The position numbers were made by a program, and so were the translations under genes. From Octopus sinensis (Eukaryota), in NCBI RefSeq assembly GCF_006345805.1, contig NC_043009.1:69626001-69690000 (forward strand): a stretch of 64,000 nucleotides of DNA, written 5' to 3'. Below are positions 53,171-64,000 of this stretch, piece after piece (positions within the stretch are counted from its first letter, which is position 1; every line of letters begins with the position of its first letter). The notes under the pieces are model-generated. The model had not been told where the DNA came from, did no database searches, and saw only the letters and a list, made by a program, of their open reading frames with translations.

Positions 53171-54469
53171 TTTTCCATTCGTTGAATGGGGCCGTCGCAG
53201 CTCCTTCGAATATCACTATGGTCGGAGCCGATGTTATGGGATAACCCTGTCCTGCCTGCAGCACGGACAATTACTTTTTTGTTTACAAAACCCACTGACC
53301 GTTACATATTCCTTCCTCCAGTTGTAGAAAAGTTATGCGCCTTTAGCCAATGAAGTCTGTCTGGCGAGTCGCCTATTCTACTCGACGCCTTACGACCGGC
53401 CATAACTTTTAATTTCCCACCAAATATATATTATTGACAATTAAAACAAGTTGAGGATTCAGTTTTCTCGAGTGCTTGTCTATCATTTACTCAATGTGTC
53501 TTCTTGAGTGGGCGGCAAGTCCTGCTTTGCTTCGTGCCACAAAGCCACAATGGCATGCAAGGCTTCCGTTTAGACAAGCAGCGTTTTGGCAGCATTAAAG
53601 ACTTGTAGCATAAACTACGTTATCAAAGTGAGAGAGAGAGAGAAGGAGAGAGGGAGAGAGAGGGACAGAGGGAGAAAGAGAGAGAGAGGGAGGGAGAGTG
53701 AAACAAAGGAGCAATATATATTTCACAGACCATGTAACAAATTCAAAAGTCGTGTACGACTTTACTGAACTTCTGTCTTTAAATGAAAGTAAGAAATATG
53801 AAAATTACCAACTGGTGATTGAAGATACATTTTTAGGAATCGCTTTTCCATCTTGGCAGTTTGCAAGGTGGGATGGAGTTTAATATTTTTTAATGTAAAT
53901 GTATTTTTGTGTGAGCACGCGTCAAGGAAGGGAGGGGGAAATACACTTAACAAATATCGACCGGACTGAAATATTTCGCGAAGGTTCGATGGAGAAAATA
54001 ACAGTTGGGGAGAGCGGAATAAGACGAAGTAAACGGTCCTTACAATAGGACTCTTGGAGTAAATCACTGATGAAATGTGACTGTGCTTTCTATGTGATGA
54101 GGTCTTTTAAGAAAAGTTTAATCTAAAGAAACCTGTAAATAACAATCCAGGAGATAATAAAGAATTGGAACCGAGAAGGAAAGTGTAGAAAGGAAATTAA
54201 CGGTGGAGAGAGTAGAAGAAGTATAAGTTAGTTGGCAAATGGAAGAGTTGTGGGAAAACGTCGCTCTTCGGTTATTTACAGTTTGTCAGCTTCTGTGAAG
54301 ATACTTAATGGACATTGGCTCATTGTTGCACACATTCAGCGACATGTTCTTTCAACTAACTTCCACAAACGCACACACATTCATTCACATTGAGATATAT
54401 GCACACACGCACATACATACACACTCATACATACGTGCACATAAATATAGAGAGAATATAAACATGCAT

Positions 54470-54590
54470 ACACATTGGCATATATATGTATGTATATATA
54501 TATATGTATATATATATATGTATATATATGTATATATTTATATGTATGTATATATATATATTTATATGTATGTATATATATATATTTATA

Positions 54591-54631
<41 letters not shown>

Positions 54632-54716
54632 GTATATATATATATGTACGTATACATATATATATATACACACACATATATATATACATATATATATGTA
54701 TATATACATATATATA

Positions 54717-54747
<31 letters not shown>

Positions 54748-54810
54748 GTATATATGTATATACATACATATATATATCTTTATATATATATACATACATA
54801 TATATATAAT
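54470..54810. repeat. (TA)n/(TATG)n microsatellite block
   Basis: Direct reading. Confidence 0.95.
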
Positions 54811-55239
54811 CAAATTAGCAACAAAGATATCCAAGGTAGTGTAGTACAATTGTTTCATGCTACTTCAATTTATTAAACACTATAAGTATTGCATCAGTTT
54901 TAAAATGTCGAGCAATATTCAGCCACATATAGAATTTTCCAATTAAACTGACAACGTATATTCTTATATATTTGCCAACATTACAAAGAGGGTATATATA
55001 TATAGACAGGGGTTAATTTCACCTTTAAGAACTTGATGGTATTCGTTCTCCGTCTGTAGATTTTATCACTAAGTTCACTTTGTTATTTAGATCTATCAGT
55101 GGGGAGGGTTTTTTAAAATTCTTGGTTGAATGGAGACAAACAAGATTTTTTTCTATTTATAGATAGAGGAAGGGGTAGTACAAATGTCAAATCCATAAAT
55201 CCATCCTTATTTCGGGGAATTTAGTTTAGACATATTTGA

Positions 55240-55484
55240 ATGTATTATAGCAAAAAGTTAGTAGGCTGAAGTTTCTATATTGATTTCTATATTTTCTATC
55301 CCTATATAAGATACTAATATTTACTGAAATCCTTTGAAAAATTATCTAAAGGATATTCACTTAGAATTCATAATATAGAATTTGGCTGTTAAATGGTAAG
55401 GGACATTGAAAACCTCTAGAGCATTAGTAGCCTCTATTCTCCCTACCCCACTAACTTCAGCCTACTTTTTGCTATGATACACAT
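55240..55484. repeat. Roughly 30-bp inverted repeats around 180 bp (MITE-like)
   Basis: tatagcaaaaagttagtaggctgaagt (55240-55272) pairs with acttcagcctactttttgctat (55454-55484). Confidence 0.5.
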
Positions 55485-55959
55485 GTCAATGAGCGTAAAA
55501 ACGTACCATAACAAAACCGAAGGACGATAGACTAGAACAGGTTGAATTGCTTCTTTTCAAGGCAGCAGTGTCAGTAGTAGTAAACACATTTGAACTCTGC
55601 TGAAACGAAGGGGTGCGAAGGTCCTTTTGTCTCTATGGCTGAGCTCTCCACCATCTGCCAAATCTATGTATAGACCTGTAGATTATGATCTATTCACCAA
55701 TCTGATGCCCAACAAGTAATGGTGATGGTGATAAGGAAAAAAAAATAATAATAACAATATACTGCAGTTGCTGATACTAAATACTATTAATACTACAATA
55801 ATACTACAACTACTACTATTATGTTAGCACAGGAATCTGAGGCCCAACTACCACCCTTAACACTACCCCCACCCCTGTTGCTGTTGCTGCAACCACTGCT
55901 TCAACTGCACATAAAAACAATAATACCAGTGATATCAGTGATGATGATGATGATAATGA

Positions 55960-58900
55960 AAGGAAACGGGTGGAGTCTCTTTATGGGCTCATAATGATAC
56001 ATCTAGTGATGGTGTCACGATAAAAACACTGGTAACTGCGCAACCTGACAATCGCTACCTCATGTGAGTAACAATGAAAGAAGAAAATATTGAAAATAAC
56101 GGTGGTAATGAAACTGAAGCCAATGATGGTGACAGTGTTACACCCGGCAGGCGCAGAGATTCTGGTTCGGCTCTCGCCTGTCGATATCCAGAAAGGAACC
56201 ACCACACACGGCGTAGATGGAGCTAGCAAATTAATGCTGTGGTCATGGAATGTTACTACCTGAGCAACCCGGTAGATGAAAATGGTGCTCAAATTAGGGT
56301 TTACCGACAACGTATGTATGAACATTGCAGAGAAATGGGATTGTTTCAACTCACGGAACAGAGACTATGAGATAAAGTTAGAGCAATAAGGAAAAATTGT
56401 TGGTTCACAGAAGTAGAGCTCGAAGCTATCAAAAGACAGGTCATGGAAAATAGCAGCAGAGATAAGAATGAAAATAGAGTTCTTATTAATAAGAGTAATC
56501 TCATAGGAAAGGAGCGGTGGTAGCTTACTTGATGAGACGCATATAGATAATCTCAAAGAAGACGATAAAACTAATGGTGACATAACAGATGAACAAAGGG
56601 CAATTTACGACAGAATAAAGGCAAGACTACAGGAGAACGATAGCGACATTATTTGTAACCTTAAAATGACTGATGGAGGGAAATTAAAACAAGAAACGAA
56701 AAATGTCAATGAAATTCTGAAATACATCAGAACAAACAACATCACAGAAACAAATAATTCGATCAAGGCAGCAAGTATTGTTGTAGCAGATAACGTGGGT
56801 GTTGATGTCAAGAAAAAGAAACATAATGGGAGTGACAAAAGAAAAGATCCATGAAAGATCCATGATGGAAAAGAAAAATACAGGCGGGGTTATGCTCTCA
56901 AAGGAAATTTCTGTGTTAGACCGAAAAGAGAAAGGGGGCTTAAAAGCGAACAAAAATACAGGGCGCTGAAAAAGGAAGTATAATATTGAAAGGAAGGGCC
57001 TCAAATTAGTAGTGGAGGAACTGAAACAGCGCCTCGTTACAAAGAAAGCAAAGATAGTAAGATACGACCAAAGAATGAAGGGTTGCCACCAGAATAAGTT
57101 ATTCAGAGTGGATCAGAAGAGATTCTATAAAGAAATAAATGGAGGATGTACAAATGAAAAGTTGATACCAGATAACATTGAAAGTCAAAGGTTTTGGAGT
57201 GACATCTGGAGCAAAGACAAAGAGCACAAGAAGGATGCAGAATGGTTGCAAGAACTGAAACAAACAGTAGTCTGTCGAAAACAGACAGAACTAGTCATTT
57301 CAGTTAGGGAAGTGAAGGAAATCAGCAAGAAAAAATGGGCAACTGAAAGGCCCCGAGACCAGATGGAATTGAAGGCTACTGGATCAAAAGATTTGCTGAA
57401 TGTCATGCACGAATAGCTGCGCAACTCAACACCTTGTTAAATGCCGACCAAGGAACATCAGAGTGGTTGACATTGGGCAGGACAGGGCTGTGCTTGAAAA
57501 ACATCGAAAAAGGCAATACGGTAGACAATTACAGGTCGACATCCTGCTTGCCACTAATGTGGAAGTTATTGAATGGAACAGCTGCAGCGTCAATGTACGA
57601 ACATCTAGAAAAAAATGAGCAGAAGGGTTGCAAGCGTAAGTTCAGAGGAGAACAAGTAACTTAGCCATGTCATGGATCGACTATCGTAAGGCGTACGATA
57701 TGATCCCACATTCTTGGATGATGGAGTGTATGAACCTGTTTGGTATTGCATCAAATGTTGAGCGATTGCTTGGAAAAAGTATGGCGAATTGGAGGACGGA
57801 CCTGACAGCATGTGGAAGAAGTTTAGGGAGAGTAGAAATTAGGAGGGGCATCTTCCAAGGAGTCTGCCTGTCCACACTGATCTTTGTACTGTGCTTGATA
57901 CCACTGACACTGATTCTGAGGAACGCAAAAGCTGGGTGTATATTCAAAAGCCGGCAGCTGTTCCTGGATGACCTCAAACTTTATGGAAAAGATGAAGCCC
58001 AAGTCAGTTCCCTCGATAATACGGTGTATACCTTCAGTGCTGATATCAGAATGGAGTTCGGACTGAGAAAGTGTGGTGTGTTAGTCTTGAAGAGAGGCGA
58101 AATCGAATGTATGGACGGGTTAACGATACCGCCAGGAGAGGTTGTGAAGCAGATAGAAGAGACGGGCTATAAGTACTTGGGGTTTTGGAAATGGATAAAT
58201 TGATGAAGAAAGAAATGACAGAGAAATTTAAGGTGGAGTACTTACACAGACTGAGACTGATCCTTAAGTCGAAATTAAATGAACGGAATAAGATCGAAGC
58301 TATCAATACCTGGACAGTTTCACTCCTTAGATATTGAGCAGGGGTAATCGCATGGTCTGTAGACAAACTAAACAGCTTAGACAGAAAGACAAGGAAGTTG
58401 CTATCTAGATATGGGTCACTCGAGCCAAAAAGTGACACAGACAGACTGTATGTACCAAGAAAAAGAGGGGAAGAGGACTTATTGGATGCGAACACAGCAT
58501 TAGAGCGGAAGAAAACAACATAGCATGGTATATAAAAAAATGCCACAGAACCGCTATTATTAGAAGTAGGAAGGTCAGGTTTGTATAGGATGAAAGATTG
58601 CAAAGATAAAGCACTATACAAGAAATTGAAAACGAATGAAACTGAAAATAGGTGGATAAAGAAAAGAATGCATGGACCATTTCATAGAGATGTTGAAGAT
58701 AAGACAGACAGACAAAAAAGATGGTTGTGGATGACTAAAAGTGATTTAAAACTGGAAACGGAGGCTCTAATCTGTGCTGCCCAAGAGGAAGCACTAAGAA
58801 CAAACTACATAAAATGCAGAATAGACAACACATCAGAAAGTGATAAGTGCAGAACCTGTGGACAAAACGGTGAAACCGTATGACATATTACCAGTCAATG

Positions 58901-59499
58901 TACGCCACTAGCCCAGAAGGAATATAAGAGACACCACAACAATATAGCCAGGCTTGTCCACTGGACACTTTGCAACAAGTGTGGACTTGACAGAGCAAAA
59001 AATTGGTACGACCACAAACCCGAAGGCATCGTCTAAAGCAGAAATGCAAAGATCCTATAGGATTTTATGATTCAGAGCGACCATGAGATAGAGAATAGAA
59101 AGGCGGACATAGTCTTAATTAAGAAAAAAAAAACAAAACTATGCTGTATCATAGACATAGCCTGCCCATCTGACAACAAGGTATGCGATAAGGGAGAAAG
59201 AAAAGTCGAGAAATATGACAGGTTAGCTTGGGAGGTTAAGCAGTTGTGGTCGATGAAAAAGGTAGCAGTAGTACCAATAATTGTCGGAGCCCTGGGAACA
59301 GTGAGAAAAAAACTCGAGAAGTACGTGGAACAAATAGGGGCTGCAATGAGGGTGGAGCACTTGCAGAAAATAGCATTGCTTGGAACCGCTCGAATACTCC
59401 GAATGGTGCTCGAAAAATAAGGCGGGTTTTACCTTACTTCACCAGTAGTGAACTAATGACACTATAGTACATCTACAGCGTTAGAAGCTGTGCAAAGGC

Positions 59500-59535
<36 letters not shown>
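55960..59535 (+). mobile_element. Near full-length R4/Dong-clade non-LTR retrotransposon (single disrupted ORF, about 56074-59420)
   Basis: ATG at 56074; N-terminal RRW...VMECY...YRQRM...TEQRL domain; RT (WIDYRKAYDMIPH, GIFQG, FLDDLKL); CRTC...(H)I...C knuckle; RLE (RKADIVLI...IIDIACP...KVEKY); short 3' UTR and (TAA)n tail. Many stops and frameshifts. Confidence 0.93.
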
Positions 59536-59566
59536 TCATAGATGGAATTAATAAATATTTTAATGC

Positions 59567-59701
59567 ATTGCTACGCGCGTTTCCACAAGTCACATGTTTC
59601 TTACGATCGTAGTCCGTATTCCTTGGAAGTTTATAGTACAATCCGTAAAATCCACGAACATCGGCTGGGTCATAGTTCATGCGTTCATTTCTTCAGGCGA
59701 T
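59567..59701 (-). ncRNA. Type I hammerhead motif with a 106-nt helix II region
   Basis: atcgc-CTGAAGA-[106 nt]-GAAA-cgcgcg-TA-gcaat. Helix III is the palindrome acgcgcgt. An inverted partial copy at about 59922-60010 carries gcgat, the perfect helix I partner. Confidence 0.55.
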
Positions 59702-60949
59702 ATGGTACTAAAGTTGGAAGCAACAAACGTATAACTGAAAGATGTTCATCAATTTTCACCAATCAAAAGATTGATTAGGGTATGTGGGCAGTTCTGTGTG
59801 CATTTGGTGGGGAAGAATTGAAGGTAATGAAAAGAGAGAGAGAGTAATGGTAATAAGGGAGAGGGAGAAGTGTGCGGTGAGACAAGACTCTTTTTGATCA
59901 AAACAAATCCAGCCTCACCACTACGGACTACGATCGTAAGAAATGTGACGTGACCTGTGGAAACGCGCGTAGCGATGCATTACAATATTTAGAAATTGCA
60001 TCCATGTATTATCATTGTCATTACTATATTTATCCTACATTATATCGGCACAGCTCGATACATCCCCATAAACCCATAAACCTCTTATTGCAAGTTGGTA
60101 TCATTAGGCTGTAGTCGGCAAAATAAAAATAAAACCTTTTATATGCGTATTCAAAAGCATTTTCCATAAACTAACTTAAAGGATATATAACTTTAACCAC
60201 ACAAGCACACCCGCACCAACACCTACATTCATGTATGTATATGTTCATCCCCCAAAATATCTGTGCGTAGGTTTAGAGTCCAATATATGACAATGAATAT
60301 AAACTAACAAATAATTTCTAAAAGGGTTGGAATGACACGTAGCAGAATTATAATTAGAGCGAATCGATTTTAATTAAAGAAATGATATACCTTAAGCAGA
60401 TGCATGTATGCAAACTCTTCTTTGCTTATAAAAATGAGCAATTTTTTAAAATTATAATTATAAATGAATGCTTGTACTCATTATAACCACTTTATATTTA
60501 CTATATTCGGCCATCTTTATTTTGCATGGTATTATATGAAATAACATATGGCGGTATCAATATCTGAGCTTGAGTGGATAAATCTACAAGAATAAGAATG
60601 TGCCTGTCAATGTGCACGAGTGTGTATATGTGCAGATATCATTGCATGTATGTACATGTAAGCTTACGTGTGTATGTGTCCGTGTACCATTGGATAACGA
60701 TATACAGGCCAGAATGTGAGTGTACGTATCTATATTGTGTATGTCTCAATATGTGGGTCTGATTTTCAACCGGGATATGCATCAATGTGTGTGGACATCA
60801 GTATTTGTGGCTGGACGAAGGCATGTTGTGGTCAGAAATGAAGTCCAAATTCAAAAAATAGAACAGAAAAGCACGGAAAACCAAAAGGCGAAGGAGAGAA
60901 CTGAACGCAAATCACATCTGATTAAGGCTTAATGACTGGTCACTCCTTC

Positions 60950-60999
60950 CTTCCTACCTGCCTGCCTGCCTGCCTACCTACCTACCTATCCATCTATCC

Positions 61000-61064
<65 letters not shown>

Positions 61065-61105
61065 CCTACCTACCTACCTACCTACCTACCTACCTACCTA
61101 CCTCC
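60950..61105. repeat. (CCTG)n(TCTA)n(CCTA)n microsatellite
   Basis: Direct reading. Confidence 0.9.
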
Positions 61106-61275
61106 TTGTTATCCCGATCTCTTTTGATCGGAACTTTACATTTGTTTCCTTTTTTGTTTCCTGTTTTTTTTTTCCATCTTCGAAAAGAAAAGCTCTACAT
61201 TTGTATTTGTCCCCTCTGTATTTCAGCCCTGTGTGGCCAATAAAGAAAGTTATCTATCCATCCATCTATCTATCT

Positions 61276-61318
<43 letters not shown>

Positions 61319-61627
61319 GCTAAGTTGTTTTGATAAAATGCAAAGGTCTATATAAATGTCCAATCGGTTTTCGTGTTCGTTTCTGATCTCCCATATTTTA
61401 TGTTTTGTTTATTCAACCGTGTCTTATTATCGGTGTATTACATTTTATTTCATATTCGTTATTCGTTTATCTTGGTATACTTTATATATCTTTATGTTTT
61501 TTTCTTTTACTGATGTGAGAATGATTCTTTCATTCTGTGTTCATTATGGACACAGATGAAATGCTACAATAACTAAAAATGTGTTGTTATAAAAATAAGC
61601 AAAAGCGACAAGTAAAAAACGAGGTAC

Positions 61628-61754
61628 TTATTCGAAAATTCACCTGATCAGGCTCAACATCCCACCCGTAATGCATAACAATTGACTGTACAGTATCTCA
61701 CCCGTAAGATACGGGTGCATGCTAAGTCGAAACGATTGCTGTGATTTTGAATAA
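61628..61754 (+). ncRNA. Degenerate type I hammerhead motif with long helix I
   Basis: ttattc-g-aaaa-t-tcac-CTGATCA-ggct...agtc-GAAA-cgattg-ct-gtga-tttt-gaataa. About 14 bp of helix I, a G8 to C change, and an internal hairpin cacccgta/tacgggtg. Confidence 0.55.
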
Positions 61755-62719
61755 AGAGTATCGTGAATTCCATTCTCTGTCACTCATCTTTTAATATAAA
61801 CTATATGGACCCTAAGGAATTCCTGAAGTAAATCCAGTGGTATATGCCTGCATACTGTTGTTGACATCAGGTACCCGAATACTGGTGACCGGCTTTAAAC
61901 AGCATACCACCAGGTGTCTCCTGAATATAAAGTTATTACTACACCTACATACACACAAATATACATATATACATATATATATATAACCAAGAAGGACGGG
62001 TCAATTTGCATTATGTTCTATTTGTGTGAAGAATCCTAACTGTTAAATTTTATTAAAAGTTCACCAGAAGAAAAGTATTTTTCTTACATGATGTAATATT
62101 TTCGTTCAGCAATAAAGAGCATCCCTGAAACAGTTTTAGTGAACCTCAACCAGCCTCTGTTATTGTAAATACATACACACACACAAACATGCACACATAA
62201 ACACACACAAACACGCGTGCGCGCACACACACACACATATATATGAAACGGAACAAAAACGCAATAGATGAAAATAAAACATCCAAACGGACAGACGATG
62301 CAAGGCGGATAGGAAAAACAACAATTAGAGGGACAAGAACAAAAAAAAAAAACCCCAAAAAACGGACGGGTCATTCATGGCTTTCTTTCCTCAGTTAAGT
62401 TACCAGATGTCCTTACAGTATCGGGCAGTTACACTTGAGACTCTTCGCTCTGGTTGCCTCCAAAAGAGTCGAAGCTAAAAGCTTTAGATTTTTCGTAAAA
62501 AAGTAAGCGAATGTGTACAACAAAGACAAAAAACGGGGGAACACGATGACAAATACAAACAACAAGAATATAACAACAGGTGTCTTTTGACCGAGGACAA
62601 ATCAAATTGAGCTGGTGTGTATAGAGTGAAAGCCTTAAGGCAGGAACATCAGGGATAGTCATAAGTGGTGTTGGCTATCGGTAGTCAGGCAAAGAAAAAA
62701 ATATATATATATTACGTGA

Positions 62720-63020
62720 TCATGTGACCGACCAGGCTATCAGATGTTGCTACACATCGCTGGTCACAATGCGCTTCGCATTGTTTTAGCCTTCAAATGA
62801 CGCCACCCCGCTGGCTAAGCGAGAAGGCAAACATAAGAAAGAGTGTGAGAAAGTTGTGGCGAAAGAGTACAACAGGGATCGCCCCGCCCCCTGCCGGAGC
62901 CTCGTGGAGCTTTTAGGTGTTTTCACTCAATAAACACTCACAACGCCCGGTCTGGGAATCGAAACCGCGATCCTACGACCGCGTGTCCGCTGCCCTAACC
63001 ACTGGGCCATTGCGCCTCCA
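62720..63020 (-). mobile_element. tRNA-derived SINE, family C
   Basis: Head tggaggcgcaatggcccagtggttagggcagcgg...ggtttcgattcccag; homologous to 7680-7850. Confidence 0.88.
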
Positions 63021-63514
63021 CATATATATATGTATGAAAAGTCAGGCGCACACATGTAGTGACGTAGGTGTGCGGTTGCTTATGCGTCTGTTCAGTAAGA
63101 ATGCAGCTCATCTATGCCCGTTGCTGCATTCCGACAACTGTTTTCAGCCTCTCCCAGTCACAGGAACATTACTTGGCTATCAATTAAGAGGTGGGAATAA
63201 TTAATTCGCGTAGAACGAAAGGAGGAAAGAATATTGCTTAGCAGGTTACATGGAAAGAATATAGCGCGTTCCATTATGACTATATGCGTGTGTGTGTCTG
63301 TTAGTGCGTTTGTACGTTTGCGCGTGTGTGTGTGTGTGTGTGTGTGTCTGCCTGTCTGCACGCACGAAGATGTGTGTATGATACATTTCACTAGCATAAT
63401 CATTCTTAGAATATGGAACACTTTCCGATTCTTAGAGGTGAGAAAGAGTGCAACATAGGAGTTATAAACACACACGTGTGTGTGTGTCTGCTTCTGTGTG
63501 TGCATATATATATA

Positions 63515-63995
<481 letters not shown>

Positions 63996-64000
63996 TATAT

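Noticed and set aside
53340-53560. Expected hammerhead downstream of the 52180-53170 PLE
   Set aside because: Only fragmentary resemblance (caatgaag; ttgagtgggc...gccacaaag). The core boxes are not intact.
53729-53788. Plus-strand 60-bp symmetric exon candidate (cacag|...GAAA|gtaaga)
   Set aside because: Weak pyrimidine tract, no homology recognised, opposite strand to the CUB gene. Cannot be supported without RNA data.
54060-54115. TGATGA motifs suggesting a C/D-box snoRNA
   Set aside because: No downstream CTGA D box with a terminal stem at a suitable distance.
55540-55680. Minus-strand ORF with an RDKR furin-like site after an AG
   Set aside because: It reaches a stop with no donor site and overlaps a degenerate SINE-like head.
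62960-63020. tRNA gene candidate (also at 7780-7850)
   Set aside because: The tRNA-like head continues into a shared SINE body in both copies, and the 3' acceptor strand and T-run terminator are lacking.

Overview
AT-rich, microsatellite-saturated animal DNA. The SINE, R4 and PLE content suggests an octopus or other coleoid cephalopod genome (inference). Most of the window (at least 5.8-52 kb) lies inside one minus-strand host gene encoding a multi-CUB-domain extracellular or membrane protein. I find four short exons with canonical splice sites and compatible phases: 51887-51974, 44180-44304 and 38918-39067 make one complete CUB domain, and 5820-5910 starts the next CUB. Only the 38918-39067 exon is visible in the ORF track. 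The rest is decayed mobile DNA: a near full-length R4/Dong-clade non-LTR element (about 55960-59535) and many R4 fragments at TAA/CTA repeats, CR1/L2 and RTE LINE fragments, four Penelope-like (PLE) coding relics, a mariner 3' end, and at least three tRNA-derived SINE families, one of them forming head-to-tail arrays. Nearly all other ORF-track entries are translations of simple repeats or TE relics. The most notable non-coding signal is a set of type I hammerhead-ribozyme motifs, most with a palindromic helix III and several with a greatly enlarged helix II. One of them (48307-48401) looks fully intact. All calls come from reading the sequence by eye; no searches were run and TE boundaries are approximate.
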